From: Nemertoderma westbladi
Taxonomy: Eukaryota; Animalia; Xenacoelomorpha
DNA: 64,000 nucleotides
NCBI GenBank assembly: GCA_032718475.1
Contig: JAUCBJ010006028.1
Coordinates: 1-64,000 of the forward strand
Direction: 5' to 3'
The notes beneath the pieces are model-generated. The model searched no databases and was not told the origin of the DNA. It saw only the letters and a list, made by a program, of their open reading frames with translations. The position numbers were made by a program, and so were the translations under genes. Below, in pieces: positions 42,801 through 54,800 of this stretch (the stretch's first letter is position 1; every line of letters begins with the position of its first letter).

Positions 42801-45800
42801 TCTGTCCTTGGAGTAATATTTCTTTCATTTTTCATATTTAACCGATGAAAATATTTAAAATTGCAAAAATTGTCGATAAAAATTCAATAATTTTTTTCAT
42901 ATAAAAAATTTTGAAGTATCAAATTTTGAATGGTGCTTTTTTGTCACGAAAAGTCACCACATTTCAGCCCTTCTATCAAAGTATAAAAATATATGAAAAA
43001 AATTGAAAATTATATAAATTTAATTTCTCTTTCATTAGGCATTAGGGGCAATGGTCACCTTAAAAGAAAATAATGAATTAAATTCTCAACTGAAAGTTTA
43101 TCTGGACTTCGTTGTTTTATCCTATAGGGGGCGTCAGTGAATTAGCCCGCATCCAATCACCCCGTTCCACCGCTTTCAGTCACATCGCCTGGGTACCAAC
43201 CATCCTCCCACCGACCTCCTTAGCCGGACTCTCCAACTCTTCCTCATCGTGTTTTATCGCTTGCGATGGTCAGAAACTCAAACTCTACCAAGCCGTTGTT
43301 GATGCCCGTTCGCTCCTTAAACAACTCAATTTGCTACAGGTAATTTGAGTTTAATCTTTCATGGTTAATTGGTTCTAATTTTAATTGGCTGTACTAATTA
43401 AGTTTCACCTAAATTTAAGTTTCACGAAAAATATTTATTGTTTAACTTAACTAATCGTTTAGGAAGAACAGCGGCAGAAGATTCTGATTGGTGAATCACC
43501 GGATCCTCTTCCATTCAATGTGATATCCAGCCAATCAACTGGTAGACCTGGTTGCATTATTGAGCTCGGTAGTCTCGACCAATCATCACAGGTTAGACAA
43601 CATTTAATAGAACTGTCAGTTCAGAACTGGTGTATGTTGATTTGTTTATTAATTTTAATTTATGGATAAATTATTTCATCATGCTTCTTTCAAAATTTAC
43701 AACTCCTCTGTTATATTTTTCTTGAAAGTTGAAAGCTTGCATCTCTAACATTGACAACCTATCAGAATCAGAAGTAACAACTATTTACCTACTGAATATT
43801 GAGCAAACCTTTTATAGCTGGTCTATTGTAATATAGACAACGATTTTTTACCAGCTGAAAGTTAAATGTATGTGTGAACCGGGATTTACCGAAGTTACCG
43901 GATATCATTGGTCGATATGGGTGTTCTGGTTGCATTTAACTCACATCTCTCGGAGGTCGTGGGTTCGATCCCCACATGGGGGCAAGTGGAGTTTTCGTTT
44001 CGTCACGAATGCTTTAAGGGACTAGCCAGGGCGCATATTATCTGCCTTGCATCTTTACATGGTAGCTAAATGGCGGTGCACATGGTGCATCGCAAAATCG
44101 GTGCAATTCGGTGAAAGGTGATGTAATGGCTTTTTGTGACTACACAGTTTATGGTGGAAACCTGAGCCCAGCTATTAATTGTACGTGATAGTTATTTAGG
44201 ACTAGGACAGGGTCCAGCTAATGTACGTGTTTGTGTATTTAGGACTGGGACAGCGTCCAGCTAATGTACGTGTTTGTTTATTTAGAACTAGGACAGAGTC
44301 CAGCTAATGTACGTGTTTGATTATTTAGGACTGGGACAGAGTCCAGCTAATGTACGTGTTTGTTTATTTAGGACTGGGACAGGGTCCAGCTAATGTACGT
44401 GTTTGTTTATTTAGGACTGGGACAGAGTCCAGCTAATGTACGTGTTTGTTTATTTAGGACTGGGACAGGGTCCAGCTAATGTATGTGTTTGTTTATTTAG
44501 GACAGAGTCCAGCTAATGTACGTGTTTGTTTGTTTAGGACTGGGACAGAGTCCAGCTAATGTACGTGTTTGTTTGTTTAGGACTGTGACAGAGTCCAGTT
44601 GATGTACGTGTTTGTTTGTTTAGGACTGGGACAGGGTCAAGCTAATGTACGTGTTTGTTTGTTTAGGACTGTGACAGAGTCCAGTTGATGTACGTGTTTG
44701 TTTGTTTAGGACTGGGACAGGGTCAAGCTAATGTACGTGTTTGTTTATTTAGAACTAGGACAGAGTCCAGCTAGTGTACGTGTTTGATTATTTAGGACTG
44801 GGACAGAGTCCAGCTAATGTACGTGTTTGTTTATTTAGGACTGGGATAGTACGATGATGTACGTGTTTGTTTTTTTTAGGACTGGGACAGGGTCCAGCTA
44901 ATGTACGTGTTTGTTTATTTAGAACTAGGACAGAGTCCAGCTAATGTACGTGTTTGTTTATTTAGAACTAGGACAGAGTCCAGCTAGTGTACGTGTTTGA
45001 TTATTTAGGACTGGGACAGAGTCCAGCTAATGTACGTGTTTGTTTATTTAGGACTGGGATAGTACGATGATGTACGTGTTTGTTTTTTTTAGGACTGGGA
45101 CAGGGTCCAGCTAATGTACGTGTTTGTTTGTTTAGGACTGGGACAGGGTCCAGCTAATGTACGTGTTTGTTTGTTTAGGACTGTGACAGAGTCCAGTTGA
45201 TGTACGTGTTTGTTTGTTTAGGACTGGGACAGGGTCAAGCTAATGTACGTGTTTGTTTGTTTAGGACTGGGACAGAGTCCAGCTAATGTACGTGTTTGTT
45301 TGTTTAGGACTGGGACAGAGTCCAGTTGATGTACGTGTTTGTTTGTTTAGGACTGGGACAGGGTCAAGCTAATGTACGTGTTTGTTTGTTTAGGACTGGG
45401 ACAGAGTCCAGCTAATGTACGTGTTTGTTTGTTTAGGACTGGGACAGAGTCCAGTTGATGTACGTGTTTGTTTGTTTAGGACTGGGACAGGGTCAAGCTA
45501 ATGTACGTGTTTGTTTGTTTAGGACTGGGACAGAGTCCAGCTAATGTACGTGTTTGTTTGTTTAGGACTGGGACAGAGTCCAGTTGATGTACGTATTTCC
45601 CGAACAGTTTATTATTGGCGGTAATACTTCGTTCGCAAGCAAACCTGCTGCCGAGACTCCAACCGACAACAGCTCCCCTCTACTCGACCTCTTTAAGGAG
45701 CGATTCTTCGTCGTGGTTCTCGAGAGCGATACGATACACATGTGGTTCCTTTCTATTACTATTCGTAATTCTGGAGTTGCATCCTTTAGCCAATGTTAGT

Positions 45801-48800
45801 GCTAAACGTGTGAGCCACTTGGGGTCACTATTATAAGACAATGAGAGGCACAACAGCAGCCGCTAACATAGCAGATAACATAGAAAATGTTTTAAGAAAC
45901 CCTAAAGTTATTTTTATAACCAACCCTTTGCTAAAGTTGATGATGTGTCTAAAACTCTAAATCACAATAACTATTTTATTATACTAATATACCGGGCATT
46001 TATTTTAATCCAGACAGATAATACCAGAACCCTATAAGTTCATCTTGAAATCATTGTCGTGCATCTGTTTAGGGAGAGCGCCAATGTGATTGTGTTACAA
46101 TATTACCATTACAGCTACTAAGAAACTTATAACTCAATCTACGACCTTATCCGTGGACCCTGATTGGTCATCCGACGATGACTCAGACAACGTTTACGAG
46201 GAGTTCTCATCGATGTCGAATTTCTATAATCGTATGAGAACAACCGCATCTAATAATTCCACAGCTAAACTTCATGTTAACACTAAAAAGGTATAAAAAC
46301 TAATTTATTAAGCTATCAATGTAATATAATAATTTATTTTCACAAAATAATTTAAAAAATGTTTGAAAAATGTTACTTTTTGCTTTTTGTTACATTTTAT
46401 AAGTTTTTAAGCTCTTTTTATCTCTTTCTTTTTTTTATATTCATACATTATTGAAAGATTTTAACATTTTAAATTCTCAATTTCACATTGAGTCAATGAA
46501 TTTCTAGAAACTATTCCACAAAAAAGAGTTTCATAAAGTCGTATCGGATACGGACTTTTATAAGTTACTCTTTATCTACTTTTTTTTACCCCCAATGTGG
46601 TTTATTGTATCGCTAATGTTCGTCACAGGTTTATTGTAAGGCGCTCCCGCTACCTTCCGACGCCTTCATCCTGCATTCCACTGTCGCAGCTGGACACCTC
46701 AGCAGCAGCAGTATCTACCCGGCCTGCACCGCTCCGTATCTCATAGCAACCAGTTGCACCGACTCGTATCTGCGATTCTGGACCTGCGAGTTTTCGGACC
46801 CGGGGGCCCCCGCTCGAGGTTGGTAATGTATCTGTTTGATTCGGAATCCCGGTCAATTGTAATATAAAGTATTTAATGTCGTTGGTTCTCGTTTGTTTCC
46901 TACATTTTTATTATATTTATCGCGCAGATACATTCAACGACATTCCTGGTTACCTGAAACCGTCCAACTTCCACTGGACGCAATGGAAAATGGACCAATC
47001 GGAGAGCAGTTCGTTGGCGTTGCCTGGACGACCTTTAGCATTAAGTTGTGCACATAATTCGCGACTCTGTTGCGCGTACTTTATCGGCATGGATATTGGC
47101 GTCAGCGTTTACGAGTGCGAAAGTACCGGAGGCTCCAAGTGGGTTCTCGAAGATATTCTTAAACCAGGATCGCCAATTGTAAGTTATATTCCGTATCCCA
47201 TATTGTAATGTACTGGGACTTGTATCTGTTTAAGGAACATCGAAATAAACCCATCTAATTACAAGCAAAAGTGAAACAAACCGTAACCTGTGCTATTTGA
47301 CGTTTATTGTTTTGGTTATAACCTGCTCATTTTCCTTTTTGGAGAATTAACATTGCTGATTCGCAAATTATGTGATATGCGCCGTATCTGGCGCACCTAT
47401 TGCGTTGCTGTAAATCTTTAACCCCCCGCCCCCCCTCCCGCAGCCCGCTACGCCACCTATACAACCCGTCGCCGCTCACAACCCAATGAGAACGTCACCA
47501 TCGTTACGACGCAAGATGTTCCGAAAGGAATCCCTCGACATCGCCGGGGATTCTCTTCCTTATTTCGCTCGGAGCGTCGATTCTCTCGAAGTGACTGACA
47601 GTGAAGCGGACGGGTCTGTTAGACACCCGCCATTTATGTATAAGGTGAGTTGATTCTTAAACAATGTAAACGAGAAACTCACCGCATGCGTTTATCTGCC
47701 GAAGTTTATCGTAACGAGCGTATTAGCCCTAAGTTGATGAGAATAGTTTGTCTTATAGCTCCCAGATAGATGTTTACAGCTTTACACTAAAATATTTGAA
47801 TTGTTTTAGGCATTTGAGTTAATCTCCGAGGTTGCCAAGCAACCGTTGCAGTTAGACTGGGTTTCCATGGAGGATGGGTCTCATTTGTTAACCGTGGCTG
47901 TCGGTTCTAGAGTTATTGCCTACGCACCGGTTTCGAGTTATTATTTACAACTAACTAGTCAACAAGAAGAACGAACTCCCATTGTTAAGGTTACTGGGGG
48001 ATACAAAGCATTGATGCGACAGGTTTGTTACAAATAACAGCTAATTTTGTATTTCACATCTATTAATTTTTCATAGTTTTTAAAATACTCTAGTTTATCC
48101 TGTATTTCAGCACCCGCTTCCTCCTCTGTTGTCTCTGTATCTGTCTCTGTATCTGTCTCTGTATAGCCGTCTCTGTATCCTTTTAGCCGAGTGTAGCTGC
48201 CACACTTCTGTCCCCGCAGCCTCCCTCTGTTGTAGCCATCTCTGTATCCTTTTAGCCGAGTGTAGCTGCTCCACTTCTGTCCCCGCAGCCTCCCTCTGTT
48301 GTAGCCGTCTCTGTATCCTTTTAGCCGAGTGTAGCTGCCACACTTCTGTCCCCGTAGCCTCCCTCTGTTGTAGCCGTCTCTGTATCCTTTTAGCCGAGTG
48401 TAGCTGCTACACTTCTGTCCCCGTAGCCTCCCTCTGTTGTAGCCGTCTCTGTATCCTTTTAGCCGAGTGTAGCTGCTACACTTCTGTCCCCGTAGCCTCC
48501 CTCTGTTGAAGCCGTCTCTGTATCCTTTTAGCCGAGTGTATCTGCTACACTTCTGTCCCCGTAGCCTCCCTCTGTTGTAGCCGTCTCTGTATCCTTTTAG
48601 CCGAGTGTAGCTGCTACACTTCTGTCCCCGTAGCCTCCCTCTGTTGTAGCCGTCTCTGTATCCTTTTAGCCGAGTGTAGCTGCTACACTTCTGTCCCCGT
48701 AGCCTCCCTCTGTTGTAGCCGTCTCTGTATCCTTTTAGCCGAGTGTAGCTGCTACACTTCTGTCCCCGTAGCCTCCCTCTGTTGTAGCCGTCTCTGTATC

Positions 48801-51800
48801 CTTTTAGCCGAGTGTAGCTGCCACACTTCTGTCCCCGCAGCCTCCCTCTGTTGTAGCCGTCTCTGTATCCTTTTAGCCGAGTGTAGCTGCTACACTTCTG
48901 TCCCCGTAGCCTCCCTCTGTTGTAGCCGTCTCTGTATCCTTTTAGCCGAGTGTAGCTGCTACACTTCTGTCCCCGCAGCCTCCCTCTATTGTATAGCCGT
49001 CTCTGTATCCTTTTAGCCGAGTGTAGCTGCTACACTTCTGTCCCCAACGCCCGTGGAGATCTCCGAACATCCAGGGACCTCCCGTTGGATGCAGTTACGA
49101 GAGATTGACTTACAGAGCGCCGATGGTCTACCAGCCCAACCAGTTCTCATTGCGTGGCTACGGAATGGTGTGCTAATGGTTGGTCTAGAGAATGAAATGC
49201 ATATCTACACACAATGGAACCCGCAGACACCCTTTGTAGTCTCCATTGGTTAGTTGGTTTGTAATTATTGGACCTGTTGTTCCATGATTATCAGTGTTGA
49301 CGGTGTAATAGATCGACTGTTTGTTCTTCACTGTGCACTTATAGCTAACGATACTGGCTCATTTATAGGCGACGGCAGTAGCAGTATTGAACAGAGTTTA
49401 TCCGAGATTCAGTTTGTTGTGTCACCCAGACGCTCCAAAAAACGACCCACGCCTGCGGCCGCTATCGGTAGGGACTTCAGCTTTGATTCTGGATTCAAGC
49501 TTGGTATGTTAAGTATTACGTAAAAAGTTAAAGTTAGGTATTATATTAATTACATAGAAGTTAGGTAAGTAGAGTAATTAATTAAATCGGTAAGGTAGAA
49601 CTGGTAGGTATTATTTAGGTAAGATAAGTATAAATTATGTTAAGTTCGGTTTTAACTAGGTTATGTTAGGTATTAGGTTAGGTTTGCGTTTGGTGTTAAC
49701 TAAGATTCGTTATTTAGGTTTAATCTAATATGTCACATGCTGATGATAAGCCCCTATAGTTGCGGTTACGTTTAAATTATTGTTCATTTTCAATTATTAA
49801 TTTGTTCCCGAATTAATTGCTTGTTGTTTTGGTTTAGGGTTGTTTGAGGAAGCCCGTTTAGTGGCTCCTGTTCTGCCTCAGTATCACCCCAAACAGCTCC
49901 AGGAACTGCTTAGCAGTGGGAAGATGAAACGAGTTAAAGCTATTCTCGCTCACTTAGTGCGAACCGTGGCTGGCGAGAAGGCTGTTAACCGGGTACTAGC
50001 TGTAGGTTAGTACATTACTGAACCAGGTGGTTTATTATTGTAAAAGTCGAGTTTATTTCTGGAACAGTCAATAAATCAGCTTCAATAAATCAGCAAAAAA
50101 TCTAACAGCCTACCGTTATGAATGACGTTATGACGGTCATATTAGTTATCATTAAACGGCCAATATACTCTAACCTTTCTCGTAAAACTCACTTTATTTC
50201 ATTTTAAACATTATGAGTCTGCACTTTATTTCATTATAAACATTACGAGTCTGCACTTTATTTCATTATAAACATTACGAGTCTGCACTTTATTTCAATT
50301 TAAACATTACGAGTCTGCACTTTATTTCAATTTAAACATTTCGAGTCTGCACTTTATTTCATTATAAACATTACGAGTCTGCACTTTATTTCATTATAAA
50401 CATTACGAGTCTGCACTTTATTTCAATTTAAACATTACGAGTCTGCACTTTATTTCAATTTAAACATTTCGAGTCTGCACTTTATTTCATTATAAACATT
50501 ACGAGTCTGCACTTTATTTCATTATAAACATTACGAGTCTGCACTTTATTTCATTATAAACATTACGAGTCTGTACTTTATTTCATTATAAACATTACGA
50601 GTCTGTACTTTATTTCATTAGGCGACGACACCTCCTGTTATCCACCCCGACGAGGTTCCTTCCGAGTTCGAACTATCTCGATTAGCGGAACTTCTCCCAA
50701 AGACGCTCCGGCCCTTTCTGAATGCGCCGCGGCCGACAGTGTGCGGTTGGATTACGTGGAGATCACTTCTATTCCTCCCCTACCGCTGCACGCCCTGCTG
50801 GCTGTGGAGGCTGACATAATAGGGGCGCATACTGGGGGAGGAGGGGCAGCTAACTCAGTTGACGTTAAACAACCAGTAGTAGCTACAGAGTAAGCATACT
50901 GAAAGTAATACTGAGGGGGGGGGGCAGCTCGATTTTCGGTTAGGGATAGTCAAGGCATTAATCTAAAGTAAATCTGTCATGGAGTAGGTGGTGAGTTGAG
51001 TCTAACCCTCTGCCATGGAGTAGGTGGTGAGGTGAGTCTAAACCAGCCTGTAAAAATCACCCCAATTCCTGCCGGTGATTTCATATTTGTCAGACATTTT
51101 TTATTTATTTATTAGAACCACGCCGGATAATTATTCCTCGTTGTTTGAGTTGCCAACTGAAGAAGATTTGGATAACAATTTGTTCGAGAAGCCGAGAACG
51201 TTGTCCAGAGGACGGGAGATTTCTCCTTCTCAATTTGGACCGGCGCAGGTGAGAATAGTTCCTCAGCCGATAGTGAGTGAGGATAGTTCCTCAACCGATA
51301 ATAGGTGAAAATAGTTCCTCAACCGATAGTGAGTGAGAATATAGTACCTCAAACCGATAGTGAGTGAGAATAGTTCATCAACCGATAGTGAGTGAGAATA
51401 GTTCATCAACCGATAGTGAGTGAGAATAGTTCCTCAACCGATAGTTAGTGAGAATAGTTCATCAACCGATAGTGAGTGATAATAGTTCCTCAACCGATAG
51501 TTAGTGAGAATAGTTTCGCAAACCGATAGTGAGTGAGAATAGTTCCTCTGCCGATAATGAGTGAGAATTAGTTCCTCAACCGATAGTGAATGAGAATAGT
51601 TCCTCAACCGATAGTGAGTGAGAATAGCTCCTCAACCGATAGTGAATGAGAATAGTTCATCAACCGATAGTGAGTGAGAATAGTTCCCCAACCGATAGTT
51701 AGTGAGAATAGTTTCGCAAACCGATAGTGAGTGAGAATAGTTCCTCTGCCGATAATGAGTGAGAATAGTTCCTCAACCGATAGTGAGTGAGAATAGTTCC

Positions 51801-54800
51801 TCAAACCGATAGTGAGTGAGAATAGTTCCTCAACCGATAGTGAGTGAGAATAGTTCCTCAAACCGATAGTGAGTGAGAATAGTTCCTCAACCGATAGTGA
51901 GTGAGAATAGCTCCTCAACCGATAGTGAATGAGAATAGTTCATCAACCGATAGTGAGTGAGAATAGTTCCCCAACCGATAGTTAGTGAGAATAGTTTCGC
52001 AAACCGATAGTGAGTGAGAATAGTTCCTCTGCCGATAATGAGTGAGAATAGTTCCTCAACCGATAGTGAGTGAGAATAGTTCCTCAAACCGATAGTGAGT
52101 GAGAATAGTTCCTCAACCGATAGTGAGTGAGAATAGCTCCTCAACCGATAGTGAATGAGAATAGTTCATCAACCGATAGTGAGTGAGAATAGTTCCTCAA
52201 CCGATAGTTAGTGAGAATAGTTTCGCAAACCGATAGTGAGTGAAAATAGTTCCTCTGCCGATAATGAGTGAGAATAGTTCCTCAACCGATAGTGAGTGAG
52301 AATAGTTCCTCAACCGATAGTGAATGAGAATAGTTCATCAACCGATAGTGAGTGAGAATAGTTCCTCAACCGATAGTTAGTGAGAATAGTTTCGCAAACC
52401 GATAGTGAGTGAGAATAGTTCCTCAAACCGATAGTGAGTGAGAATAGTTCCTCAACCCTATAGTGAGTGAGAATAGATCCTCAAACCGATAGTGAGTGAG
52501 AATAGTTCTTCAAACCGATAGTGAGTGAGAATAGTTCCTCAACCGATAGTGAGTGAGAATAGTTCCTGAAACCGATAGTGAGTGAGAATAGTTCCTCAAA
52601 CCGATAGTGAGTGAGATTAGTTATTCATACCGATAGTGAGTGAGAATAGTTCCTCAACCAATAGTGAGTGAGAATAGTTCCTCAAACCGATAGTGAGTGA
52701 TAATAGTTCCTCAAACCGATAGTGAGTGAGAATAGTTCCTCAACCGATAGTGAGTGAGAATAGTTTCTCAACCGATAGTGAGTGAGAATAGTTCCTCTGC
52801 CGATAATGAGTGAGAATAGTTTCTCAAACCGATAGTGAGTGAGAATAGTTTCTCAACCGATAGTGAGTGACAATAGTTTCTCAACCGATAGTGAGTGACA
52901 ATAGTTCATCAACCGATAGTGAGTGAGAATAATTCCTCTGCCGATAATGGGTGAGAATAGTTCCTCGAACCGATAGTGAGTGAGAATAGTTCCTCAACCG
53001 ATAATGAGTGACAATAGTTCCTCTGCCGATAATGGGTGAGAATAGTTCCTCAAACCGATAGTGAATGAGAATAGTTCATCAACCGATAATGAGTGAGAAT
53101 AGTTCCTATGTCGATAATGTGTGAGAATAGTTCCTCAAACCGATAGTGAGTGAGAATAGTTCCTCTGCCGATAATGGGTGAGAATAGTTCCTCAAACCGA
53201 TAGTGAGTGAGAATAGTTCCTCTGCCGATAATGGGTGAGAATAGTTCCTCAAACCGATAGTGAGTGAGAATAGTTCCTCAACCGATAGTGAGTGAGAATA
53301 GTTCCTCAAACCGATATTGAGTGAGAATAGTTCCTCAACGCGATAGTGAGTGAGAATAGATCCTCAAACCGATAGTGAGTGAGAATAGTTCTTCAAACCG
53401 ATAGTGAGTGAGAATAGTTCATCAACCGATAGTGAGTGAGAATAGTTCTTCAAACCGATAGTGAGTGAGAATAGTTCCTCTGCCGATAATGGGTGAGAAT
53501 AGTTCCTCAAACCGATAGTGAGTGAGAATAGTTCATCAACCGATAGTGAGTGAGAATAGTTCCTCAACCGATAGTGAGTGAGAATAGTTCCTCAACCGAT
53601 AATAGGTGAAAATAGTTCCTCAACCGATAGTGAGTGAGAATATAGTACCTCAAACCGATAGTGAGTGAGAATAGTTCATCAAACCGATAGTGAGTGAGAA
53701 TAGTTCCTCAACCGATAGTGAGTGAGAATAGTTCCTCAACCGATAGTGAGTGAGAATAGTTCATCAACCGATAGTCAGTGAGAATAGTTCCTCAACCGAT
53801 AGTGAGTGAGAATAGTTCCTCAACCGATAGTTAGTGAGAATAGTTTCGCAAACCGATAGTGAGTGAGAATAGTTTCGCAAACCGATAGTGAGTGAGAATA
53901 GTTCCTCTACCGATAATGAGTGAGAATAGTTCCTCAACCGATAGTGAATGAGAATAGTTCCTCAACCGATAGTGAGTGAGAATAGCTCCTCAACCGATAG
54001 TGAATGAGAATAGTTCATCAACCGATAGTGAGTGAGAATAGTTCCCCAACCGATAGTTAGTGAGAATAGTTTCGCAAACCGATAGTGAGTGAGAATAGTT
54101 CCTCTGCCGATAATGAGTGAGAATAGTTCCTCAACCGATAGTGACTGAGAATAGTTCCTCAAACCGATAGTGAGTGAGAATAGTTCCTCAACCGATAGTG
54201 AGTGAGAATAGTTCCTCAAACCGATAGTGAGTGAGAATAGTTCCTCAACCGATAGTGAGTGAGAATAGCTCCTCAACCGATAGTGAATGAGAATAGTTCA
54301 TCAACCGATAGTGAGTGAGAATAGTTCCCCAACCGATAGTTAGTGAGAATAGTTTCGCAAACCGATAGTGAGTGAGAATAGTTCCTCTGCCGATAATGAG
54401 TGAGAATAGTTCCTCAACCGATAGTGAGTGAGAATAGTTCCTCAAACCGATAGTGAGTGAGAATAGTTCCTCAACCGATAGTGAGTGAGAATAGCTCCTC
54501 AACCGATAGTGAATGAGAATAGTTCATCAACCGATAGTGAGTGAGAATAGTTCCTCAACCGATAGTTAGTGAGAATAGTTTCGCAAACCGATAGTGAGTG
54601 AGAATAGTTCCTCTGCCGATAATGAGTGAGAATAGTTCCTCAACCGATAGTGAGTGAGAATAGTTCCTCAACCGATAGTGAATGAGAATAGTTCATCAAC
54701 CGATAGTGAGTGAGAATAGTTCCTCAATCGATAGTGAATGAGAATAGTTCATCAACCGATAGTGAGTGAGAATAGTTCCTCAACCGATAGTTAGTGAGAA

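Noticed and set aside
43905-43990. tRNA gene (also the similar motif at about 1840-1870)
   Set aside because: Only a T-arm/B-box is recognisable. I could not fold acceptor, D and anticodon stems, so these are listed as possible SINE remnants.
48107-48509. Cys-rich 23-aa repeat ORF, superficially metallothionein- or keratin-associated-like, and its antisense ORF
   Set aside because: These are out-of-frame readings of the 69-bp junction repeat, with no true ATG and a stop in mid-array.
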